This document shows positions 1-6,680 of a DNA stretch of 15,233 nucleotides, piece by piece; positions within the stretch are counted from its first letter, which is position 1, and the number at the start of each line of letters is the position of its first letter. The stretch is from a virus. The stretch covers positions 1 to 15,233 of IMG/VR virus record IMGVR_UViG_3300045988_162231, one strand, 5' to 3'. Position numbers and translations under genes: made by a program. The notes beneath the pieces were generated by a model, which made no database searches, was not told the origin of the DNA, and saw nothing but the letters and a program-made list of their open reading frames with translations.

Positions 1-327
1 AAGAGTTCATTATATAAACTTTTTATGTTCCCCAATTATGTAAACCGAACAAACATACGCAAACCTGCAACCTTAGAGCCGTAACGGTTACAAGGCTTAC
101 AATAACTGGAAATAACTCAAGTTAACATAATATTATTATTATTTTACAAAAAGCCTAAAAGCCTAGAGCCCCAAGGGATAGAGCGAGTTAACAAAATACA
201 AATAAGAAGTTTACATAAAACTATATTATGTAAACTAAAGTATATTATGTAAAGCCAATGTATTACATTTGTAATATTTATTTTTACTCTTTTTATTGAC
301 TTTTATCATTTTTTGTTATAATATAGG
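1..327. repeat. Left inverted terminal repeat (327 bp) of a linear genome; presumed protein-primed replication origin
   Basis: 1-327 is the exact reverse complement of 14907-15233, compared block by block. Identity stops at 328 (tat versus aaa). The window begins and ends exactly at the repeat. It contains arrays of short direct and inverted repeats and a promoter. Confidence 0.95.
296..322 (+). promoter_or_regulatory. ITR-embedded early promoter, left arm (extended -10)
   Basis: Perfect extended -10 TGtTATAAT (314-322). TTGACT lies at 296-301, but the spacer is only 15 nt, which is suboptimal. The predicted transcription start at about 328-330 coincides with the ITR boundary. No other promoter-like sequence precedes the first + strand gene at 399. 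Confidence 0.55.
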
Positions 328-398
328 TATAGTCGATAGGGTAACCTAATCGAAAATATATAGGGTTGTGACCGAACACAAGAAGGGAAGTAATACAA

Positions 399-812
399 AT
401 GGCTAATAAGTATGAGGTAAAAGTTAACGAAAAAAAAGGAAGTTGCGATAATGCACTTTTTGAAAAAATGGCAATGAAAGGTGATATTACTGCAACAAAA
501 CTATCTGAAGTATTAGGACAAGTAGTACATATTGTAGGATATGCAAGTTGTACTATTACAACAGAAGATAAGACTTTTGATATTAATTATTTTGATACAG
601 AAGAATTTGGACTAATAAGTTCTGGTAGCGAAATATTTTATGAAAGTGTAAAGGACTATTTTGAAAAAGTAGAAGAAGTAAGACTTACAGAAGTAAAAAC
701 TAAAAAAGGTAAGACATATAAAGCCGTTCCAATTTTAGATAAGAAAACAACAAACAAAGAAGAAACTACAAAGAAGGAAGAAGAAACAACAAACGACGAA
801 TTATCTTTTTAA
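399..812 (+). CDS. Putative single-stranded DNA-binding protein (phi29 p5-like), 137 aa
   Basis: ATG at 399 follows GAAGGGAAG (382-390). It is the first gene after the ITR promoter and lies directly upstream of the terminal-protein and polymerase genes. A compact core is followed by a K/E/T-rich tail ending NDELSF, resembling the acidic-aromatic C-terminal tip of bacterial SSBs. There is loose by-eye similarity to the recalled phi29 p5 (INYFDTEEFGLISSGSEIFYESV.. versus TTIFAADGSLYSAISKTVAEA..). Confidence 0.5.
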   Translation: MANKYEVKVNEKKGSCDNALFEKMAMKGDITATKLSEVLGQVVHIVGYASCTITTEDKTFDINYFDTEEFGLISSGSEIFYESVKDYFEKVEEVRLTEVKTKKGKTYKAVPILDKKTTNKEETTKKEEETTNDELSF

Positions 813-833
813 TTTGTAGGGAGTTGACAGTAA

Positions 834-1403
834 ATGGCTAATAAAAAAATTCCAATGACACATGCAAAGGTGTCATTGTTTAATGAAATGAAGAAGTTAG
901 CAAAAAGAGCTAATCAACGTATGTTAAGACTAGAACGACTTACTGGAATGACTGGCTCATTTGCTACTAAACAATTATATGACTATTTAGATAATGGAGT
1001 ATTACAAGCTATTACACCAAAGGGTAGAGTAGCTGTTAAAAAATCTTATTCTATAGATGAAATGAATTCAATTATAAAAGCCTTAAAAGATTTTATGAAT
1101 GATGTATCTACTACCCCTCAAGTAAGAAAATTAGTAAAAGAATATTCGGAACGTATAGGAAAGCCTATTGATATTGAAAGAGCTAATACAATATATCAAA
1201 TTGATACTAATTATAAATGGATATATGAATATTACGAGAGTGATTTTTGGGATATTGCAAGAGAAAGTGTTGTTGAAAATTGGTCGCTTGACGACTGGTT
1301 GGATAAAATACCAGCTAATGCAAGTAAAGAAATGGTAGTTGATGAAGAAATGAGATTAAAGCTTGAAAATTTATATACTTATACGAGGGATACAAAAATT
1401 TGA
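834..1403 (+). CDS. Putative terminal protein (replication primer), 189 aa
   Basis: It lies immediately upstream of the protein-primed polymerase and is translationally coupled to it, as in phi29 genes 3 and 2. The N-terminus is basic (KKLAKRANQRMLRLERL), like the phi29 TP N-terminal DNA-binding region. The C-terminal half is acidic and aromatic. GGGAG (819-823) sits 10 nt before the ATG. The call rests on position and composition only. Confidence 0.5.
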   Translation: MANKKIPMTHAKVSLFNEMKKLAKRANQRMLRLERLTGMTGSFATKQLYDYLDNGVLQAITPKGRVAVKKSYSIDEMNSIIKALKDFMNDVSTTPQVRKLVKEYSERIGKPIDIERANTIYQIDTNYKWIYEYYESDFWDIARESVVENWSLDDWLDKIPANASKEMVVDEEMRLKLENLYTYTRDTKI

Positions 1404-3514
1404 TACATTGGTTAGAATATGAAGGACACATACCAAAAATCAAAGGAAAACGTAATAGGTTTGATAATACAATATATACATTTGATATAGAAACTACTTC
1501 TTATATTATACTAAATGGTAAACAAATGAATACTAAAAAATATTTGAAGTTATCTGATAAAGAAAAAGAACAATGCAAATTTTATGCTTGTATGTATATT
1601 TGGCAATTCGGAATAGACGATAAAGTTTATTATGGAAGAACTTGGGAAGAATTATATCATTTTTTAGAACGTATTGAATGGTTTGCTACAGATGTTAAAA
1701 AATATGTATTTGTACATAATTTAGGTTTTGAATTTCAGTTTTTAAGAAATTATTTTACTTTTTCTGATGTATTTGCAAGAAAAAGTCATAAAGTAATTAA
1801 AGCTACTATGAATGAATTTAATTTTGAATTTAGGTGTAGTTTATTTATGACGAATTTGCAACTTAAAAAACTACCAGATGTTTATAATTTACCAGTAGAA
1901 AAATTAGTAGGTGATTTAGATTACAATAAAATTAGACATTATGAAACAAAATTATCTGATGAAGAATTACATTATTGTGAGAATGACTGTCTGGTTGTAT
2001 ACGAATATATTAAAAAAGAGCTTGAGCAATACGAAACAGTAAAAAATATTCCTTTAACATCAACTGGACACGTAAGACGAGAACTTAAAGATACAGTTCG
2101 AACAAACTATCCATATAGAAATAAAGTTAGAAAAAGTATAAATACTGATGGACATATTTATAATTTACTTATTAAGGCATTTGCTGGGGGTTATACGCAC
2201 GCAAATTGGTTATATACAAATGAGATAGTAAAAGACATTACAAGTTTTGATTTTACGAGTTCTTATCCTTACGTAATGGTAACACATAAGTTCCCAAGTC
2301 GAACTTTTAGAAAATGCAATATAAAAAATAGAAGTCAAATGTTAAAATCTATGGCATATTTATTAGTAGTACGTTTTACAGATATAAGTTGTAAGTATTT
2401 CAATAATTTTATTAGTCAAAATAAATGTACAAAAATTAGGGGCGCTAAATTTGATAATGGTAGAATTATTGGAGCAAAAGAAATAGAAATCGTACTAACT
2501 GATGTTGATTTTTATTTTATTTTAGCTACTTATAGTTGTGAATACGAAATTCTAGAAAGTTATTATTCTAAATATGATTATTTGCCAAAAGATTATATTA
2601 ATTTTATTTTAGATAAATATGTTACTAAAACAAAGTATAAAGGAATTGAAGAAAAAAAGCTAGAATATAATTTAGAAAAAGCAAAATTTAATAGCTTATA
2701 TGGTATGACAGTTACTAATAATATTAAAGATATAGTAGTTTTTGATAATGAGGTTGGCTGGTCAGAATTAAAAATGACAAATGATGAAATAATATCAAAA
2801 TTAGAAAAAGAAAAAAAGGACGGCTTTTTGTCTTTTAGTTATGGTGTTTGGGTTACTGCTTGGGCTAGATATAATCTATTAACTAACGTAATAAAACAAG
2901 ATAAGTTCTGTGTTTATTGTGATACTGATAGTATGAAACTAAAAAAAGGTTTTGACATAAGCTATATAGACGAATATAACAAAAAAGTAATAGAAAAAAT
3001 AAAAGTAGCAAGTAAAGAATTAGAAATAGACATAGACAAATTTAAACCAAAAGATAGTAAAGGAAAAGAACATATTATAGGCTTATTTGATTTTGACGGA
3101 CACTATGAAGAATTTATAACACAAGGGGCTAAAAAATACGCATATACAAAATATATAGATAAATCTAAAATTAATGATAGTATGAACGTATTAAAAGTAA
3201 AAGATGATACGGCATTAATACTTGAAATAACGGTCGCTGGAGTTCCAAAACAAGGGGCTAAAGCACTTAAAAGTTTAAAAGATTTTAAAGACGATTTTGT
3301 ATTTGATTTTAAGTATACAAATAAAAATTTACTTATATATAATGATGAAATGAAACCGTTTGAGCTAACTGATTATAAAGGAAAAACAAGAACAGTTACA
3401 GATAAATATAGTTGTGTTTTAATTCCTACGACTTATGTGTTAGGAAAATCTGAGGAATACGCAAATTTACTTTCAGATGAAAGTTCAGCAAGAGCAATAT
3501 ATAATGAGGAGTGA
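1400..3514 (+). CDS. Protein-primed family-B DNA polymerase, 704 aa
   Basis: Motifs read directly from the translation: ExoI FDIETTS, ExoII HNLGFEFQFL, ExoIII YCENDCLVVYEY, motif A DFTSSYPYVM, motif B KAKFNSLYGM, motif C YCDTDSMKL, KxY GAKKYAY. These parallel the phi29 polymerase motifs. The only in-frame start upstream of ExoI is TTG at 1400, with GAGGGA at 1385-1390. This start overlaps the upstream stop codon (ATTTGA). Confidence 0.95.
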   Translation: MIHWLEYEGHIPKIKGKRNRFDNTIYTFDIETTSYIILNGKQMNTKKYLKLSDKEKEQCKFYACMYIWQFGIDDKVYYGRTWEELYHFLERIEWFATDVKKYVFVHNLGFEFQFLRNYFTFSDVFARKSHKVIKATMNEFNFEFRCSLFMTNLQLKKLPDVYNLPVEKLVGDLDYNKIRHYETKLSDEELHYCENDCLVVYEYIKKELEQYETVKNIPLTSTGHVRRELKDTVRTNYPYRNKVRKSINTDGHIYNLLIKAFAGGYTHANWLYTNEIVKDITSFDFTSSYPYVMVTHKFPSRTFRKCNIKNRSQMLKSMAYLLVVRFTDISCKYFNNFISQNKCTKIRGAKFDNGRIIGAKEIEIVLTDVDFYFILATYSCEYEILESYYSKYDYLPKDYINFILDKYVTKTKYKGIEEKKLEYNLEKAKFNSLYGMTVTNNIKDIVVFDNEVGWSELKMTNDEIISKLEKEKKDGFLSFSYGVWVTAWARYNLLTNVIKQDKFCVYCDTDSMKLKKGFDISYIDEYNKKVIEKIKVASKELEIDIDKFKPKDSKGKEHIIGLFDFDGHYEEFITQGAKKYAYTKYIDKSKINDSMNVLKVKDDTALILEITVAGVPKQGAKALKSLKDFKDDFVFDFKYTNKNLLIYNDEMKPFELTDYKGKTRTVTDKYSCVLIPTTYVLGKSEEYANLLSDESSARAIYNEE

Positions 3515-3520
3515 TGAGAT

Positions 3521-3715
3521 ATGAGTAAGCAAAAAGATTTACAATTTATACAAGGTTTTAGTAAAATATCTATAACTAGTATATGCGAAAAAAATAATAT
3601 ATGTAAACAAAATATTTTTTCTGGAACTGCGTCCGAAAAAAATTTAGCAAAAGTAAAAGAAGAAGTACAAAAAGAATTTGCTAAATTGTATTTACAAGGT
3701 GATGACAATGAGTAG
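3521..3715 (+). CDS. Hypothetical 64-aa protein, possibly a small helix-turn-helix DNA binder
   Basis: ATG at 3521 lies 9 nt after GAGGAG (3506-3511). The ORF is tightly packed between the polymerase and ATPase genes. The segment ISITSICEKNNICKQNIFSG has an HTH-like pattern, but I recognise no family. Confidence 0.55.
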   Translation: MSKQKDLQFIQGFSKISITSICEKNNICKQNIFSGTASEKNLAKVKEEVQKEFAKLYLQGDDNE

Positions 3716-4787
3716 AACACAAATACATTATAATTTGGATAAAATTGATAATTTAAATGCCAATTATAATTTGATATATGGTGAAAAATCTAACGGAAAA
3801 AGTTATCAAGTTAAGCACAAAAAAGGTATTGAAAAATACTTAAAAACGGGTAGAAGGTTCATCTTAATGAGACGTTGGGAAAGTGACTTAACTTCGGCTT
3901 GGATAGAAAGTTATTTTTCGGACGTAGATATACAAAAGCTAACTAACAATAAATATAATTGTGTAACTAAATTTAGAAATGAATTATATCTAACTACAAT
4001 GACAGAAGATTACAAGAAAAAAAGAGGAGAAAAAATAGGATATGCAATACCTATTTCACTTGAACAACGTTATTCTGGAGCAAGTTTTTTAGATGTAGAC
4101 GATATAATTGTCGAAGAGTTTATGAGTAGAGGTATTTATATTGTAAATGAGCCAAGCAAATTAATGACATTTTATAGTACAGTTGACAGAAAAAGAGGAA
4201 CTACTAAACTTTGGCTTGTAGGTAATACTGTAAGTAGAGTATGTCCGTATCTTAAAGAATGGGGTTTATATGATATAATGAAAAATCAAAAACAAGGTGA
4301 TATAAACACTACTATTATACATAATGAAGAAAATGACGTAAAAATTGCTGTAGAATATTGTAGGTCATCTGGTGGTAAAACAATGGCTATAGGACAAGCA
4401 AAAAATATGATAGACAAAGGCGAATGGCAAACAGACATACAACCAAAACTTCCAAAAAGTTATAAGGCTTATGATATATTATTTAGGTTTGGTTTTCAGT
4501 ATCAAAGTTTTAAATTTATATGTGAGTATTTAGTAGACAAGCAAGAAAAGAAATATCCTTGTTGGTTTATATATCCATACAATAAAAATTTTGAGGATAA
4601 CTTTATTGTTTTTTCTGATGAAATAAAATTAAGTCCTTATTGGCAACGTGATATATATAATATAACAATAAAAAACGAAAAACTTAAACATTTATTTCAA
4701 AGTTTTAGGGAAGATAAAATTTTTTTCAGTTCTGATATGTGTGGTACGGACTTTAAACAAGTAATTGATTTTAATATTAAGAGGTGA
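3708..4787 (+). CDS. DNA encapsidation (packaging) ATPase, phi29 gp16-like, 359 aa
   Basis: Walker A is GEKSNGKSY and the Walker B-like motif is DDIIVEEF. By-eye alignment to the recalled phi29 gp16 gives IGARGIGKSY/FIYVRRY/GWAIPLS versus YGEKSNGKSY/FILMRRW/GYAIPIS. I moved the start from the track position 3678 to ATG 3708, which has AAGGTGA at 3696-3702 and a 5-nt spacer. This start overlaps the upstream ORF by 8 nt. Confidence 0.9.
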   Translation: MSRTQIHYNLDKIDNLNANYNLIYGEKSNGKSYQVKHKKGIEKYLKTGRRFILMRRWESDLTSAWIESYFSDVDIQKLTNNKYNCVTKFRNELYLTTMTEDYKKKRGEKIGYAIPISLEQRYSGASFLDVDDIIVEEFMSRGIYIVNEPSKLMTFYSTVDRKRGTTKLWLVGNTVSRVCPYLKEWGLYDIMKNQKQGDINTTIIHNEENDVKIAVEYCRSSGGKTMAIGQAKNMIDKGEWQTDIQPKLPKSYKAYDILFRFGFQYQSFKFICEYLVDKQEKKYPCWFIYPYNKNFEDNFIVFSDEIKLSPYWQRDIYNITIKNEKLKHLFQSFREDKIFFSSDMCGTDFKQVIDFNIKR

Positions 4788-4793
4788 TAAACT

Positions 4794-4922
4794 ATGCTTG
4801 AATATTTACAAGAATTATTACAAGATATACAAAATATCGATATTAAAGAACAAAAGCAAAAATCTTTTGCATTGGAAACTGCTATTGATATTTTATTAAA
4901 ATTAAGAAATGAGAAAGGGTGA
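4794..4922 (+). CDS. Hypothetical 42-aa helical protein (not in the ORF track)
   Basis: ATG at 4794 follows AGAGGTGATAA (4780-4790). Translation: MLEYLQELLQDIQNIDIKEQKQKSFALETAIDILLKLRNEKG. Its TGA stop (4920-4922) is embedded in the Shine-Dalgarno sequence of the next gene. It exactly fills the gap between two confident genes. Confidence 0.5.
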   Translation: MLEYLQELLQDIQNIDIKEQKQKSFALETAIDILLKLRNEKG

Positions 4923-4927
4923 TAAAA

Positions 4928-6595
4928 ATGGCAACATTACATAGTGAAATAATTTTATGTAGAAATATTAAACTTGATAAAAATTATATAAATGTATTAA
5001 GCTATTCAACTAATCAAATGCTTGATTTATGTAAACGTAATGCAATAGCAACCGCTAGTGACTATTCTTTTATTAGACAACATAATAATAATATATTTAC
5101 TGGTTTTACATACGAACAATGCTTACAAGCCAATTATATAGCTTTTCAAAATAAAGATTATAGTAACAAATGGTTTTTTGCATTTATTGATGAAGTAAAT
5201 TATTCAGGTGAAAGTAACACAGAAATTCGTTATACTATTGACGCTTGGTCTACATTTTTTGATGATTGGCAAAAACAACCTTGTTATATAACAAGACAAC
5301 ACGTAAACGATGATACAATAGGTGCAAATTTAATAGACGAAAATTTAAACGTTGGGGAAGTTGAGGCAATAAACGTAGTAAAAGACGACAGTTTAGACAA
5401 TACATATGGTTATTATATAATTGTAGGTTCTACTTGGGATATAGGGGATAATAACAACCCATCTAAACAAGTAGTAGGTTCTAGTCTATATAATGGTTTA
5501 ATATCTGCTGAAAAACTTTTTGTTATTTCTGGGGCATTTGGTGATAGTATTGTAGACGCTGTTAAAAATTTACAACTATTTCTTTTTCAATCTGCTGAGG
5601 ACGGACACTTAGCCGACGTAAGAAACGTATATATAGTACCTAATTTTTGTATAAGTCCAGCCGACTTACAATTACACGAAAAAACTACAGGAGAATATAC
5701 TTGTACATATTATACTTTAAATACTGGAGTAGATATACCTAGTGCAAAATTACAAGCAACTTGTACTACAAATTATAGAGGATATAAGCCAAAAAATAAT
5801 AAATGTTTTATTTATCCATATCATTATCTATTTGTTACTAACAATAATGGTAATAATAATATATACAAATATGAAAATTTTTCAAACTTTTTTAGTCCAG
5901 AATTTCAAATAAATTTGATAATGATGCCTGGGTGTTCTGGTAGAGTAATTCCACAAAATTATAAAGGTGTATCGGATAACGTTGACGAGAGCTTACCACT
6001 TGCAAAATATCCAATATGTGAATGGAATTGCGACGCATATATTATTTGGCTATCTGCTAATGCTGTAAATATTCCTACTCAAATTATGGGAGTTACTAAT
6101 AATTTAAGTGGTCAAGTTCAAAATGGTAATTTTTCTATAACTCCAGGAGCAAATGGTGGTATAGGTTCAACTGCTGGTTCTACAGCAAGTAATATTATAA
6201 ATGTTGCTGGAAATATTGCAAATATAATAGGACAATTTTATTCTGCGTCTTTACTTCCTAGTATTCAAGGTGGTAACAATACTGGTGATGTAAATTTTGT
6301 AAGTAATGCAAATAATATATTGATATATGAATATAAAGTAAAAGACCAATATTTAAAAGTTATTGACGAATATTTTACAAGATTTGGTTATAGAATAAAT
6401 GAAGTTACTATGCCAAATATTATAGGTAGACGTAATTGGAATTATATAGAAATACCAAGTTCCGAAAGTATTGGTTATGGAACAGTTCCTTCGCAATATA
6501 TGGAACAAATTAATAATGCTTGTCGTAAAGGTGTAACTATTTGGCATAATCACGATAATTTAGGAAATTTTAATTTGGATAATTCTATAGTATAA
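4928..6595 (+). CDS. Tail knob / distal tail tube protein, phi29 gp9-like, 555 aa
   Basis: By-eye alignment to the recalled phi29 gp9: ANYIAFQNKDYSNKWFFAFIDEV versus ASYIMFQNADYGNKWFYAFVTEL. The C-terminus gives FTRFGYRINEV..NYIE...GVTIWHNHDNLGNF versus FHKYGYKINRV..NYVQ...GITLWHTDNIGNY. There is a Gly/Ala/Ser/Ile-rich internal loop. I moved the start from the track GTG at 4919 to ATG 4928 (GAAAGGGTGA at 4913-4922). Confidence 0.9.
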   Translation: MATLHSEIILCRNIKLDKNYINVLSYSTNQMLDLCKRNAIATASDYSFIRQHNNNIFTGFTYEQCLQANYIAFQNKDYSNKWFFAFIDEVNYSGESNTEIRYTIDAWSTFFDDWQKQPCYITRQHVNDDTIGANLIDENLNVGEVEAINVVKDDSLDNTYGYYIIVGSTWDIGDNNNPSKQVVGSSLYNGLISAEKLFVISGAFGDSIVDAVKNLQLFLFQSAEDGHLADVRNVYIVPNFCISPADLQLHEKTTGEYTCTYYTLNTGVDIPSAKLQATCTTNYRGYKPKNNKCFIYPYHYLFVTNNNGNNNIYKYENFSNFFSPEFQINLIMMPGCSGRVIPQNYKGVSDNVDESLPLAKYPICEWNCDAYIIWLSANAVNIPTQIMGVTNNLSGQVQNGNFSITPGANGGIGSTAGSTASNIINVAGNIANIIGQFYSASLLPSIQGGNNTGDVNFVSNANNILIYEYKVKDQYLKVIDEYFTRFGYRINEVTMPNIIGRRNWNYIEIPSSESIGYGTVPSQYMEQINNACRKGVTIWHNHDNLGNFNLDNSIV

Positions 6596-6633
6596 AAAAA
6601 TAAACTAGAGGTGATAACCTCTAGTTTTAGTTT
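6594..6633. terminator. Bidirectional intrinsic terminator at the junction of the two convergent arms
   Basis: Perfect 10-bp stem AAACTAGAGG (6602-6611) / CCTCTAGTTT (6618-6627) with loop TGATAA. An A7 run (6594-6600) gives a 7-U tract for - strand transcripts. TTTTagTTT follows the hairpin on the + strand. It lies between the last + gene (stop at 6595) and the last - gene (stop at 6714). Confidence 0.8.
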
Positions 6634-6674
6634 CTAAAGAGTAAATATAAAATTGAATAATAGTAGCTTGGAAT
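6594..6674 (-). ncRNA. Predicted ~80-nt non-coding transcript (promoter 6681-6709 to terminator 6602-6627)
   Basis: The predicted start is the A at 6674, 7 nt after the -10. The RNA contains no AUG. It ends in the 10-bp hairpin plus a U7 tract. The hairpin loop and 3' stem read UUAUCACCUCU, which is anti-Shine-Dalgarno-like. This is purely a sequence-based prediction. Confidence 0.3.
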
Positions 6675-6680
6675 GATTAA

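Noticed and set aside
60-200. The GC-richer ITR core considered as a pRNA or other structured RNA gene
   Set aside because: I found only short imperfect hairpins, no outward- or inward-facing promoter upstream of it, and no terminator. It is kept only as a weak possibility under the pRNA finding.
824-829. TTGACA just upstream of the terminal-protein gene, considered as an internal promoter. Other TTGACA copies occur at about 4186 (+), 7454, 7050, 8390, 10941 and 12064 (- strand).
   Set aside because: None has a -10-like hexamer at 16-18 nt spacing. All but the first lie within coding sequence.
3433-3720. The 95-aa - strand ORF in the track, antisense to the polymerase 3' end and the 64-aa ORF
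   Set aside because: It has no Shine-Dalgarno sequence and a low-complexity hydrophobic translation typical of a shadow frame. It is fully overlapped by confident + strand genes.
4109-4115. Perfect Spo0A 0A box TGTCGAA, with near matches at 351-357 (AATCGAA) and 13722-13728 (GGTCGAA), considered as evidence that host Spo0A targets this genome
   Set aside because: A rough base-composition estimate gives about one perfect 7-mer by chance in 2 x 15 kb. The perfect copy is inside the ATPase coding region. I see no enrichment near promoters, and a formal motif scan is needed.
6353-6553. The 66-aa - strand ORF antisense to the tail-knob gene, which could in principle be reached from the orphan promoter at 6681-6709
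   Set aside because: It lies beyond a strong terminator. It starts at a GTG with no SD (upstream sequence tttcctaaattatc). The translation looks like a shadow frame.
6607-6640. AGAGGTGATAA in the junction hairpin considered as the ribosome-binding site of an unannotated + strand gene
   Set aside because: No ATG, GTG or TTG follows at usable spacing, and stops occur in all frames within a few codons. The sequence is better explained as a terminator stem. See the findings for the anti-SD idea.
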